Position numbers and translations under genes: made by a program
Part shown: positions 10,130 through 21,854 of the stretch, in pieces
How the letters are laid out: every line of letters begins with the position of its first letter
Position numbering within the stretch: the first letter of the stretch is position 1
Notes under the pieces: generated by a model
What the model saw: the letters and a program-made list of their open reading frames with translations, nothing else
What the model was told of the DNA's origin: nothing
Database searches by the model: none
Assembly (NCBI RefSeq): GCF_006345805.1
Contig: NC_043014.1
Coordinates: 124,001 to 188,000 of the forward strand
DNA from: Octopus sinensis
Lineage: Eukaryota
Direction of reading: 5' to 3'
DNA: 64,000 nucleotides

Positions 10130-12260
10130 GAGTAACAAAGATGTATAAGTGGCCATTCATTACGGCCGTTTCAAGTGACTCCTTTAATTGATCAAGAAAA
10201 GTATTACATCCTTACTAAGAAAACCATTCTCATCAGATGACCACATAGACCTCAAGCATAAAAAACAGTTAGATATTTAAACATACTCATATCATCAAAA
10301 GAGAGCAAATATTTACAATGCTAAATATTTTGGTAGAATGAAAAAAGGATATACAGCAACAGATGCACCAGAAATAGCTAGGCTAGAGTGGGGTGGAGAA
10401 GGATGATAGTAGTGACCCTGTTATCTACACATTGAAGATGGTAGGGAGAATGTTGTCTTCAAAAACAGCTAAAATTAGATCTTTAGAGAGTTATAAATTA
10501 ATTAGTATCATGACAGACCATTTTACTATCTGAAAAAATGGAACTTTACATCCTGCTATATCAACACCAAAAGGGTAAATCATAGGGTGGTAAACAAGAA
10601 TATCTGATGGAGGAGTGGTGATAACAGAAGGAGGAGAGAGGATAGGGATGGCTAATAAAGCCTATTTTGATTATCATCTTAAAGGAGAAGAAAAAAATGA
10701 ACTGTTACAAGGAATACCTCTTAAAGGATTATGGGTGGGATATAGATTGAAGGAGTAAGTTTTTACCTTAGTTTATTTATACTATTAAAGCAAAATGTAA
10801 ATATATAGATATATAAAGGCTAGAAATGAATTTCCTATATAATTAAATAGGGGAATAATTTAACATATGATAATATAAGGTTGCAGCATATAACGAATTT
10901 GAGGAAAAAATTAGAAATTTATAAATTGCCCCCAAATTTTTATGCTATACAAACTTTAAAAATATATTCTTTTACTTGTTTCAGTCATTTGAGTGTGGCC
11001 ATGCTGGAGCACCAAAATAAAAATAAAAATATAACCAAATATAAATATAAAATATAATATAAGAAAGTATTAAAAAAATATAAAGGATGTATATATACAA
11101 AGGCATGAAAGTATAAAATATAAAATATTTAATATATATAAAAAGATATAATGTGTGAAAAATATAATAATTATATAATTTTAGGTTCACAGTCCACAGT
11201 GGGATATATGAGAAAAAAATTTTTAACTGTCAATGTATTAATAAATCACAAAAATTATGAAAAAATAAATGAAGGGTATATAAAATCTTAAGATATAAGA
11301 TTTATAAAATATATGAGGAAATATAAGAAAATATCTGAGAGAAGAATTATACTAAAGGCTGTTATAAAAATTATAAAAAGTGTTATACCAAAAAAATTCT
11401 TTCTTTAAAAAAATTTTATAAATGTAAGCCAATAAAAGATGCTATACTAAGACATATAAAAAGGAAATAATGAAAATATTATAATGGAATTGTTATAATC
11501 AAAATATTAACTAATTATTAATACTAGATGGGAAAAGGCATAAATATACCGGATCATAATAGAGATAAAATAGAATTAAAAATATCATTAGAAATAGGTT
11601 AATAAAATTTATCTAAAATACAATGAAGAGTAAGGATTGAAGTAAGAGATCATAGAGATTCGAAAATTAAGGACTAATTAGGAAAAAATAGTATATTTAT
11701 ATTTATAATGATAGAATAGCTTCGCCACTGGGATTGGGTAGGTATATATTATGATTACTAAGATTTAATAGATCAAAGGGGTTAAAGTGAAAATCATTTT
11801 AGTCACCAAAAAAATTATATAATATACTAAATAATTATCAGTTCCTAAAGTATTTAAAGGTACAGATAATCTTATGAACACATGATAGTCTGAGATCTAA
11901 TTTATTATTAATTAAGTTGTTTTTATCTCTATATTTAAAAATTTCATACAATTCCATACAACATAGTCTACATTCATATTGGCTATTTGTGTATGGTTGA
12001 GTTCTACACACTAAATCCCATTTAAGACTGAAATCGATATTATTGTCTTTCAGTTCCCAGATTTTCATTGATAATGAAGTACTGTTAGCTTTTTGCCTAA
12101 GTCTAAAGGATGAAAAATGGTTATTTAAAAATTTTTCATATTTACTGAGCACCCTATATAAACAAAGTTATTATTTTCTATTAGTATTATACATTTATAA
12201 ACTATATTTCCTGTTAAACATTGACCTGATAGTCTACAATTGTAACTGTGATTATTATTA

Positions 12261-12325
<65 letters not shown>
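10130..12325 (-). mobile_element. Penelope-like element, 3' part: poly-Asn, GIY-YIG endonuclease, long AT-rich 3' region
   Basis: NCRLSGQCLTGNIVYKC...FVYIGCS then (frameshift) HFSSFR...TSLSMKIWELKD...CRLCCMELYEI...LSCVHK, typical of PLE GIY-YIG C-termini. Assigning 10130-11830 to the element is inference. Confidence 0.8.
12250..12325. repeat. (TTA)n tract: poly-Asn codons of the PLE and 3' flank of the Dong copy
   Basis: Direct reading. Confidence 0.95.
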
Positions 12326-13941
12326 TTATGTTTGACTTTTGCTTTACATTTGTACAAGTTGGCTCCAAGTCTCACCCAGAGACCTCAAGAGACAACAAGT
12401 TAGAAGTTCATGTTGGTGCTATGCCTAGGGTGCCATATATTTGGTTTTGTACTTAGTGTTGTTCTAGAGAATGTTTAAGAAACCATAAGAAAATTATGTT
12501 CATTTTAAAACTTGAGATTACATAGAAAGTATTTTGTGTAGGATATGTGCAGTTCCCATGAGCACTATCTTTTGAATTTCTGCCATTTTGGGGTTTCCTG
12601 GTATCTGAGCTAGGTAGCAATCAGCCCTTTTTACTATCTTTCCCAGGGCACCTATGACAACAAGTATTGTTTTAGACTTGAGGTTCCACATTTTGCTGAT
12701 TTCTATTTCAAGATTTTTATATTTGCTCAGTTTTTGGTAGGTCTTGACAGATACGTTTATATCGATTGAGACAGCCATATCAATGAGGAGGCATGATTTT
12801 TGTCTGAAGTCTTTCAATATGATGTCTGGCCTATTCGCATCTATCTCTCTGTCAGTTTGAATGGTGAAGTTCCAGAGGAGTGAGATGTGATCATTTTCAA
12901 GCACTGGAGGTGGTTTGTGTTCCCACCAGTTTTTATCATGGGGCAAGTCCAGGCTTTTGCAAATTACCCAGTGAATATATTGTGCAGCTCTATCATGCCT
13001 GTTGAGATACTCTGTTGGTGCAAGAAGACTGCACTTGGAGACAACATGATCAATGGTTTCATTTTACTGTTGACATATATGACATGTTGGACTACTACCA
13101 TTCTTTAATATGTTGGCCTTGTAATTCCTTGTAGGTAGGCATTGATCTTGAACTGCTATGATAAACCCTTCTGTTTCAGATCTTAATCCAGAGGCCATTA
13201 GCCATTGATGGGTCAGGGCTTTGTCAACATCGGCATTATTCGCTCTCTTTGGGTATTTGCCATTGAGAGGTTTTTCTTGCCATTTATCAGTCAGAATATC
13301 TAAGGTAGCAGTTTTAGCACGGGTTTTCATGCGCTTAGCTTTGTCTGTGCTTGTTTCTTGTATGTCTAATTCCGGAATTTGTTATATTTGGAATTCACTT
13401 AGATATTCCTTTGCCTGTTTTGTTATTGAGTATGATGCTTTCTTGTTTTCATGTTTTGAGACAAGTTTTAACATCCAGTCCTCAGAGTTTTTCAGGTAGG
13501 TGTCTCGGCCAATTGTGGCAATCTTCATTGTTAATGCCAGTTGTAAAAGTCCACAGCCTCCCTCTTTTCTTGGCAGATAAAGTTGTTCTATATCAGCCTT
13601 AGGGTGGTGCATTCTATGGACTGTCAACAGTTTTCGTATTTTTCTGTCAAGATTACATATTTCAGTAATTGACCAGTTAACTATATTGAAACTGTAAGTC
13701 ACGACTGGTATGGTTAAGGCATTGATTGCTTCGATCCTGTTTCTCGCATTCACCTCTGTCTTGAATATTGCTCTTACTCTGTGATAACATTCTCTCTTGA
13801 TCCTTTCCTTCATCACTGAATGCCTTATTCCATTCCCTACAATTACCCCTAGATATTTGTAGCTCTCCACTGGATCTAACTCTTTTATGATATTCTACTG
13901 GTTGGTCAAGGTTAACGTTAGATGTTTCTGTTATTTTTCCT
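12326..13941 (-). mobile_element. R4/Dong-like non-LTR retrotransposon, family A, 5'-truncated
   Basis: RT end ESYKYLG; RLYLPRKEGG-like motif; CCHC knuckle CHICQQ; RLE motif NRPDII...LIDMAV...KLSKY...VVIGALG; 3' end near-identical to 36966-37712. Confidence 0.9.
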
Positions 13942-14684
13942 TATTACTATTATTATTATTATATTATTATTATTATTATTATTATTGTTATTATTATGAT
14001 CATTATCATTATTATTAATATTGTTAATATTATCATTATTAGCATTTCTAATTCTATTATTTGTATTCATAGTGTCATCACATGTACTGTTCAAGTTCAT
14101 AGAAGTATTATTAAAGGTTATGTTATTATTTCTCAAGTAATTACCATTTGTATTATTACATAAATTTATATTTATGCTACTATCTTGGAGTGTATCATTA
14201 GATGTTATGCAACTAACGTCTAATGCTTGCAAATGGGATACCAGAGGAATCATCAGTAGTTCATTATCTTCATTATTCATTACTATTTATATAGTCACTG
14301 GCTAAATCTGGGTTATCAGTGCTATCATTGTTATTCTTGATATTTACATACATATCGTTCTTAGAATTGTTACTAGGGGTTTAATTTGTTATTACCATTA
14401 CAATTATTACTTTCCCAGGCTGAGATAATATTTTTTTTATTCAAACAGGCTATAATTGTACCTGGATTTGGAATGGTGAAATATGATACTCAGATTTTTT
14501 TTACAGGAGAAAATTGTACTATATTTATGTGAAGTTGGGAAGTTTTACTCTAAAATCGTTAGGAATTTTCTATATATGTTAGTGGATTTTGAGCAATTGA
14601 AAGGAAGATTATACCAAACTATATCCTAATCCTAGTATTCTTGAATATACGTTTATGGAGACATTGTTTCACAATCAGATGTGT
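13942..14684 (-). mobile_element. Penelope-like element, upstream part: linker domain and Asn-rich region
   Basis: DIVWYNLPFNCSKSTNIYRKFLTILE*NFPTSHKYSTIF...VSYFTIPNPGTIIACLNKK resembles the PLE post-RT linker (WFNPPF...), then an Asn-rich ORF 13918-14280 running into (AAT)n. Confidence 0.75.
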
Positions 14685-14930
14685 CCTCAGCTGTCATGGC
14701 CCATGTTTCACTGCCATGTAGCATGGCAGTTCACACACATGCATCATAATCTACCTTTCATCCTGAGCAAGAGGCCCTTAGTTGCCAGCAGAGGTAGAAG
14801 CACCCTGAACTTTGCCCAGGCTCTTCTTATTCTAGCCACTACTCTCTCAGAGCAACCACCCCCACCACAGATTTGGTCATCTGCGTGGTGGAAGCTATTA
14901 ACTACTTCTTAGTTCCCCCCCTGGCATATA
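14685..14930 (-). mobile_element. RTE ORF2 fragment
   Basis: Reverse complement matches RIAWAKFRELLPLL...CETWA segment of 38880-39050. Confidence 0.8.
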
Positions 14931-15675
14931 TTTTATGGAATATAATTCATGGGTTTCACTTAGAAACAGGATTGAATATCATTCTCAATTTGGTTTTTAA
15001 AAAAATTAAAAGATTATTTTATTTCCCTATTTCTATTGATTTTTAGTATTTGGAGAGACTTAAATTGTCTTTTGTTTGAGTATTTGGCCAAACTAACGTG
15101 TTTGAATATTTGTATTATCGTCATTGAATGAAATGGAAGAAACAGCCAAATATTTCAAAGTAGACATTCTATTTTAAAACAGATGGTCAAATTTACTTTT
15201 CATTCCTTCAGGATTAATACATGAAATAACAATCTGATTCTATTTACTGTTCTCTTCTCAAACAGAAAATTGGCTTTGTATCTCATAATAAAAATTTGAC
15301 TAAAGCTTAATTGGTAATGCTTAATACATTGGGAACTATACAAGTGAGATTTCATCTGTGTTCCAGCCCCACAGATCAATAGCCCTTGGTGAAATAGTCT
15401 TTCTAACCAAGAGTTAAATGGTATAGTTGCTAAGTCCAAAAGAATGATGCAATCCTTTACACACCAATGAATAATTTATGGTTGCCTTGCAACTCTTTCA
15501 TATTCCATCCTTCTGATTTTAAGTACCATTTTCAATACAAAGCTTTTCTTATGATGAATATGATATATAGCTTTCAGTCAGCATTCTCCATGAAGGTGGA
15601 CACAGTTTTTATGAAGCTCACTTTGATTTAATCCCAACCATTTAATTCAAGTCACTCTTCAATATAGACTTTTTT

Positions 15676-15895
15676 GTAAGGTGGCAAGCTGGCAGAAACA
15701 TTAGCACACCGGGTGAAATACTTAACAGTATTTCATCTGTCTACGTTGTGAGTTCAAATTCTGCCACGGTCGACTTTGCCTTTCATCCTTTCAGGGTCAA
15801 TAAATTGAGTGCTCGTTGCATACTGGGGTTGAGCTAATCGACTGGCCCCCTCCCCCAAAAAAGTTCAGGCTCGTGCCTTGAGTAGAAAAGAATAT
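15676..15895 (+). mobile_element. Nin/Deu-like SINE
   Basis: GGCAAGCTGGCAGAA...GAGTTCAAATTC...GACTTTGCCTTTCATCCTTTCAGGGTCAATAAA. Confidence 0.85.
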
Positions 15896-15939
15896 AGACT
15901 ATTTTGGCTCAATTTATATCTATTTTTATCCCACACTGG

Positions 15940-16070
15940 CATAAGATAGATGAATATACATTTATGGAGACATTGTTTCACAACCAGATGTGTTTCCCAT
16001 TGCAAATCCTTGCCTATTTTCAAGTAAGGGTGAAGGTCTTTAATCCATCTGTCCTTGTAAGTGCAGATTT
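15940..16070 (-). mobile_element. Probable Penelope-like RT fragment
   Basis: Minus-strand RQGFAMGNTSGCE resembles the RT B' motif; 43 bp shared with the 5' edge of the PLE at 14642-14684. Confidence 0.45.
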
Positions 16071-16169
16071 AGAGGGAATGTTAACAAACATTACTGTAAA
16101 CATTCACATAAACACACACACACGCACTAACATATTCATGAAAGCATATATATGTGAGTGAGTGTGTGT

Positions 16170-16345
16170 ATGTTGCATGCAATAAGCTTCCAAACAGTTT
16201 CCTTCAACTAATTCCACCCACAAAGTATTGGCAAGCCTAAGGCTAAAATGAAAGATACTTACTCAAGGTGCCGTGCAGCAAGTTAGAACTCGTGACAATA
16301 TGATTAGAAAGTAAATTCCATAACCATACAGCTGTACCTGTGTTT
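16170..16345 (-). mobile_element. SINE family 1, 5' half, diverged
   Basis: Reverse complement of TACAGCTGTATGG...CACCTTGAGTAAG...CCTTGTGGGTGGA. Confidence 0.7.
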
Positions 16346-16628
16346 CACAATGGTCTGTAAGAAAGAAAAACAAGGAAAGTAAAGAAAAATACAAGAAAAT
16401 TTAAACTTTGAATATAAAAGCAGATTTAAGAAATGGAGAAATATTGTAAAACTTATTTTACTCTGAAATTTGATTATGATTTAGTATAAATTTTACTTAT
16501 TGTTTAAACAGAAACTAACTTAGTATATAAATAATATATAAGATTACATATATGAATGTAAGACTGAGTTTAAAAGTGTATAAACTACATATATAAAAAA
16601 ATACATGCACGCACACACACACACACAC

Positions 16629-16672
<44 letters not shown>

Positions 16673-16870
16673 AACTAACATCTGGCTACTGCTTCCTGCT
16701 AATGTAAATATTTATTGTAAGTAGTTTCCATAGGTTCTGGCAAGTTTACCTTCTTCACTGGAGAATAAATATAACAAGTAAACAGTTGTCTGAAATATTT
16801 ACTTATTCTTAACTCGAAAGAATGCTCTCTCTAAAATAGTTTATATAAATGTTTAAAAAAATTGTTTCAG

Positions 16871-17032
16871 ATTTCATCAGTGATCTCTTTATTTATTGAT
16901 AATATCAAGACTGAAAAAGAAATACCAGGTGAAAATATTTTGTTTGAAATAGTTCAAATTATAAGTTTGGAATCAGGCAAATTGTTCTTCTTAGCTCTTT
17001 TTCATTTTATTATAGAATGTGTGTGGTTTCAG
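16871..17032 (+). CDS. Candidate host exon(s): 16871-16928 and 17016-17032, or one continuous exon
   Basis: ttgtttcag|ATT...CCAG|gtgaaa and cattttattatag|AATGTGTGTGGTTTCAG|gtaaca, phase-compatible (ISSVISLFIDNIKTEKEIP-E-CVWFQ); no homology recognised. Confidence 0.25.
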
Positions 17033-17159
17033 GTAACAGAATTAAAATACCTTTATACTATCTCCGGTACTGAGTATTCTGTCTCCCATTTATTAGCACT
17101 AATAAAAATGTGTGTGTGTGTGTGCACATAGACTCACACAAAAGTATGGGATTGTAAGG

Positions 17160-17310
17160 TCTCTTTGGTTTGTCTCATCAAGGACTACTTAACTCCTCTA
17201 GTGTTGGTGCCATAAGAAAATGTATCCAGTACACTGTGTAAAGTGGTTGGTGATAGGAAGAGCATCCTGTCCTGAAAACCAAACCAAACATGTTGAAGCA
17301 CCTTTCAATG
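17160..17310 (+). mobile_element. RTE 3' UTR fragment, diverged
   Basis: GTGGTTGGTGATAGGAAGAGCATCCTGT. Confidence 0.6.
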
Positions 17311-17477
17311 GAAGCAACAGCTCCCAATTAGAAATTATTTGAACTGTGATGATCTTCCTACGCTGGCAAGGATTGGAAATCTATCACAGACAAGCATAGA
17401 AAGTGGATGTAAAAATGATGATGCTATACATAAATATGCAAGAATACTTATGTGTGTGCACACATGCAGATGCATGC

Positions 17478-17486
17478 GCACGCACG

Positions 17487-17549
<63 letters not shown>

Positions 17550-17552
17550 CAC
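17478..17552. repeat. (CA)n microsatellite (another at about 16605-16670)
   Basis: Direct reading. Confidence 0.95.
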
Positions 17553-17814
17553 AAATATGTCTGTGGTGATGGGGAGTCTGGCCATCCAAGCAGCAATGTA
17601 CTCTTATTGAAATTTGAATCTCCATGAAACACAAATTCCCTGTTGGTTGAGGTGGCCACCACCATTTGCTGCATAATTCTTTGTTTAGTGACAATAACCA
17701 TGGAGTTTTGGGTGGTTTCTGTGAGATTATATTTTTTCTATTGGAAGAACAGTAACAAGGCTGCAAGTTTTGCAAGTAATCTTTGCTGCCATCTTCCATT
17801 TCTGTTGCTGGGCT

Positions 17815-17915
17815 TGTTGTTGTTGTGGTGGTGGTGGTGGTGGTGGTGGTGGTGGTGATGGTGGGGGGTAGTAGTAGTAGTAGTAGTAGTTGCTGTTGTT
17901 GTTATTGTTGGTGGT
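17815..17915. repeat. Compound (GTT)/(GGT)n/(GTA)n trinucleotide tract
   Basis: Direct reading; lies inside ORF 17738-18049(-). Confidence 0.9.
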
Positions 17916-18470
17916 GTTGCTGCAGTGGCAGTGGTGGAAGAGGTTGATATGGAACCATCAGAAATACTTATTAAACAATTGAATAAGTTCATAAGCACAG
18001 GTGAGAGTCTCGCAATAGAACCGGTTGCACAACAAACTGTCAGTGGCATGTGTCAGCACAAATTATATGCAGTTTGTGAGCTTGTATACAGTTTTATGCT
18101 GCTGAAGCAAGTGGATGAGTCCATTGTTTATGAGACAAACTGCTGTCTTTGATGTTATACACGAAGCCCAGTTATGGTTTTATCAACTGTTATTACAATT
18201 AGAATTTCAAATCCTCCTTTTAAAACTTATATCAAAATAGCTTTTATTTTCTTATTCTTTACATCTTGACCTTATTCTTCCTTTCATTTTTTTGTCTTTT
18301 CCTTTTTTTCCTTTTCTTCATTTACTTTTTAATTTTCTTCTTTCTTCTTCCTATCTTTTTCTTTTTTCTTTTTTCTCTCTCTTTTTTCTTTTATTCAAAA
18401 TTTGATTATTTCTTGCTCCTTCTTTCTTTATGTTGTCTTCATTTTCTTCTTCTTCTTCTTCTTCTTCTTC

Positions 18471-18511
<41 letters not shown>

Positions 18512-18531
18512 GTCGTCATCATCATTATTAT

Positions 18532-18860
18532 GGGGGAGAGCTGGCAGAATTGTTAGCATGCCAGGCAAAATGCTCAACAGCATTTCGTCCATCTTTACAT
18601 TCTTAGTTCAAATTCCACTGAGGCTGACTTTGCCTTTCATCCTTTCAGGGTTGATAAAATAAGTACCAGTTGAGTAGTGGGGTCGATGCCTTCAACTTAC
18701 TCCTCCCTGAATTGCTGGCCTAGTCCCAAAATTTGAATGACATTGCCTATCCTCTTTTTCGGGTTATTAAAATAAGTACCAGTTAAGTACTGAGGCTGAT
18801 GTAACCAACTACCTCCTTCCTGCAAAAACTTCTGACCTTGTGCCAAAATTTAAAACCATT
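18532..18860 (+). mobile_element. Nin/Deu-like SINE with partial tandem repeat of its 3' half
   Basis: GAGAGCTGGCAGAATTGTTAGCATGCC...GACTTTGCCTTTCATCCTTTCAGGGTTGATAAAATAAGTACCAG, second ATAAAATAAGTACCAG at about 18770; follows a (CTT)n(TTA)n tract. Confidence 0.85.
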
Positions 18861-19224
18861 ACTATCATCATCATCATCATCATTGCTGTATATTCATATT
18901 GCTGTTAACAGACTCAAAGCCAGCTATATCAAGCTATTAACTGAATAAGTTTTCTCTTCTATCTCTCATTCTGACTTTGCTGTAAAATGGTTTTTATATA
19001 AAATGTTCATTTGATTATTGATTGATTTGGAAGAAAAATAATAAAATCCTTGGCTTTCCTTAGCTTCACACTGATTATGGTGTGCTTCTGTCATGGTGTT
19101 ACCAATTTCTGCTCTATAGATTTATTGTCTCAATAGTAATAAATTAGAATATATTACAAAAATAACTTTAGAATATCTACTGGCAGGGGTGGATTCGTGG
19201 ATGATGGTAACACAAAACTACAAT

Positions 19225-19510
19225 ATTGCAGTTTGTTACTTCTTCGGAATTACATTGTTGCTGTTGCTACTTCTCCAGAACTACTGTATTGTCATTGCTA
19301 TTTCTTCATAGCCACAGCGTTGCTGTTGCTACTTCTTCAGAGCTGCACTGTTGCTGTTTCTTCATAGCTACACTGTTACCTTTTTCTATTTCTTCTGGAC
19401 TACAGTATTGATGTTGTTGTTTCTTTATAGCTACAATGCTGATGTTATTCCTCCATTGCTACTGTATTAGTGTTGCTATTTTGTCATTGACTCAGTGTTG
19501 TTGCTACATT
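19225..19510. repeat. Degenerate minisatellite, unit about 25-31 bp
   Basis: About 9 copies of TGTTGCT(GTTGCT)A(C/T)TTCTTCA(G/T)AGCTAC-like unit. Confidence 0.75.
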
Positions 19511-20157
19511 AATTTGAGATGGAATGTTACCAACAACAACATTTAGATATATCCACAACATCAAATATATAGAATTCAGCAATAAAAATGTGATTAATAT
19601 TTGTAATTTTTTCTATAACAAATATCCAGAAGGTTTAAAACAAATTACCAAAAACTAACTTTTTTTAATGGTGCAGGTTGCCTCTGGTTTCTTTTGATTC
19701 GAGAATGATGATATTTCATTGGTTTATGAAATAGTTTGATTCCTATCAGATGTAAGAATGATATTTTATATCTATGTTCTATTTTCAGAGAAAATATCTT
19801 CTCTGCAGATATCACATCTTAATCTTTCTAATGTTTATGGTTGTTGTTATTTTGTTTATTCTTAGTGACCTTTCATAAGAGATACGTTCATTTGTTGAGG
19901 TTGCAGGAATGAAGCAGAAGGCAATGATAAACTGAAAGTTAGTCTAATACAGAAGTAGTCTTGGAATGATTTAGAGCAAGTGTAGATATCACAGTAAGTT
20001 GTTCAGCTCATTACTTTGGTAGAACCAATATCTGTGTCACTGGAGCCACCTTGCACAATTTAGCCAGGCAGATGTAAAAATATTTGCTGGAGAAAGAAGA
20101 ATTAGGTTCCATGTACTGCCATACATGTTATGATGAGACAATGGAGGATCCCCCCCC

Positions 20158-20196
<39 letters not shown>

Positions 20197-21754
20197 TGTG
20201 TAAAAAACTGTCCCAAACTAATAAGTTATTTCCTATGGAATTTATGTTACAGAGTTGATTACGTGAAATGCTATTTTTGTTTAACCCTGATCAAGCAGAC
20301 TTATCATCAAAAACATCCCAGCCATGACCATCTTGTCTTTTATTCAGTCATAATATATTTAGGATTACATTATCCATTGGGTCCTACCTTTTTTAAGACA
20401 AATGTATTTTTCAGCACATTGAACTGGAGTAAAACAAAAAAACATACACACACATGGAAGCACATCTACAGAGACATATACATACATATAAGTATAGAAA
20501 TACACACACACATAGAAAACAGAGCCCAACCCATATATATCCATGACCACCCCAGAGGGTAATGGGGATAGAGTCCTCAAACACCTCCTCCCTGGTACCT
20601 TATCAGAAGCAATCATCTTTAGATTTAAGCTATTCCCTCCCGGACCCACTTCAGGGTCCTGAGACATGCAGTCTTTGAACTCTTACCTAACACCGAAAGG
20701 CATTATATTTACAATAGTCACTTACAGATTGGTGTTGTTTTTGTTTTATAAATTTATACAGATTGTTCTCTGTGTAGAAAATGCTTTTGAAATTTTAAAT
20801 TATTAAATTGTTTTTTTTTTGTTGTTTTTTTTTATTTCTAATATTCTATTCACTGTTTTTATTTCTTAATTGTAAAGAAGGCAATTTCGAACATTACCAC
20901 CTTGTTGCTCTTAATCCAGAGACTGAATAAACAAAACCCATCAGTGTTTGATCCATAGAAAGATATATTGATGTGTGTGTATTTATTTATGATTATTTTG
21001 GAGAAAACAACAACATTGATTTTAATATTATTATTGGAGTCTTGTACTATTTCACTTTCACAACTTGTTAAAACAGAGCTACTACTATCAAAGTCCTTAA
21101 CCAACAATTGTTTGGATGATCGATTTCAGATTTTTCTAAACATTTGTGGCTTTTCATTTTTATCTTCTAATACATATTGCTAATTAGGATCACTTTTATA
21201 AATAGCACAGCATTTAATTCATGTTGGTTATCTGATCCTTCTTTATTGCAACTCTGTGATCTTTTAATCTGTATCGACCAGTTTATTAAGGTTGGTGCTT
21301 CTATATTTCATACAGCCATTTTGATAATCACTTCAAAATGGTCCAAGGGAGAGGGACATGAACAATGGAGACATTGACTCATAACTACATATGTATACAA
21401 CAACATTCTCAAATGATGTCTTGTTCCATCAAAGATATACAACATGAATTTTGTCTTAAGGGCTTTTATGTTGATGAGATAATTAAATATAATCACTGGA
21501 ATATTTGATGAGTAAAGATGCTCAGTGTTGGCAATGGTCAGTAGAGTCAAAACCAAAAACTAATCCACATTGTTCGTTTATAAACATGCACGCATAAAGC
21601 AAGGCTTATGTGCTTCTGTAATTACTGACAATCTCACCGGTCAGTAAACAGAATGGAGCAAGGAAAGAGATGTTACATACTGTTTATACCATTGTATAAA
21701 TAGTAACATCTCTTTCCCTATCACACCATTGCATAAATAGTTGGTAACATCTCC

Positions 21755-21854
<100 letters not shown>

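Noticed and set aside
10780-11830. Possible mitochondrial insertion (NUMT) because of extreme AT content
   Set aside because: No recognisable mitochondrial protein, rRNA or tRNA motifs; it directly follows a GIY-YIG ORF
14449-14475. Apparent plus-strand micro-exon GYNCTWIWNG with good splice sites
   Set aside because: It is the antisense strand of the Penelope-like linker domain
20859-21556. Overlapping 66-82 aa ORFs in unique sequence
   Set aside because: Multiple stops in every frame across the region and no recognisable motif
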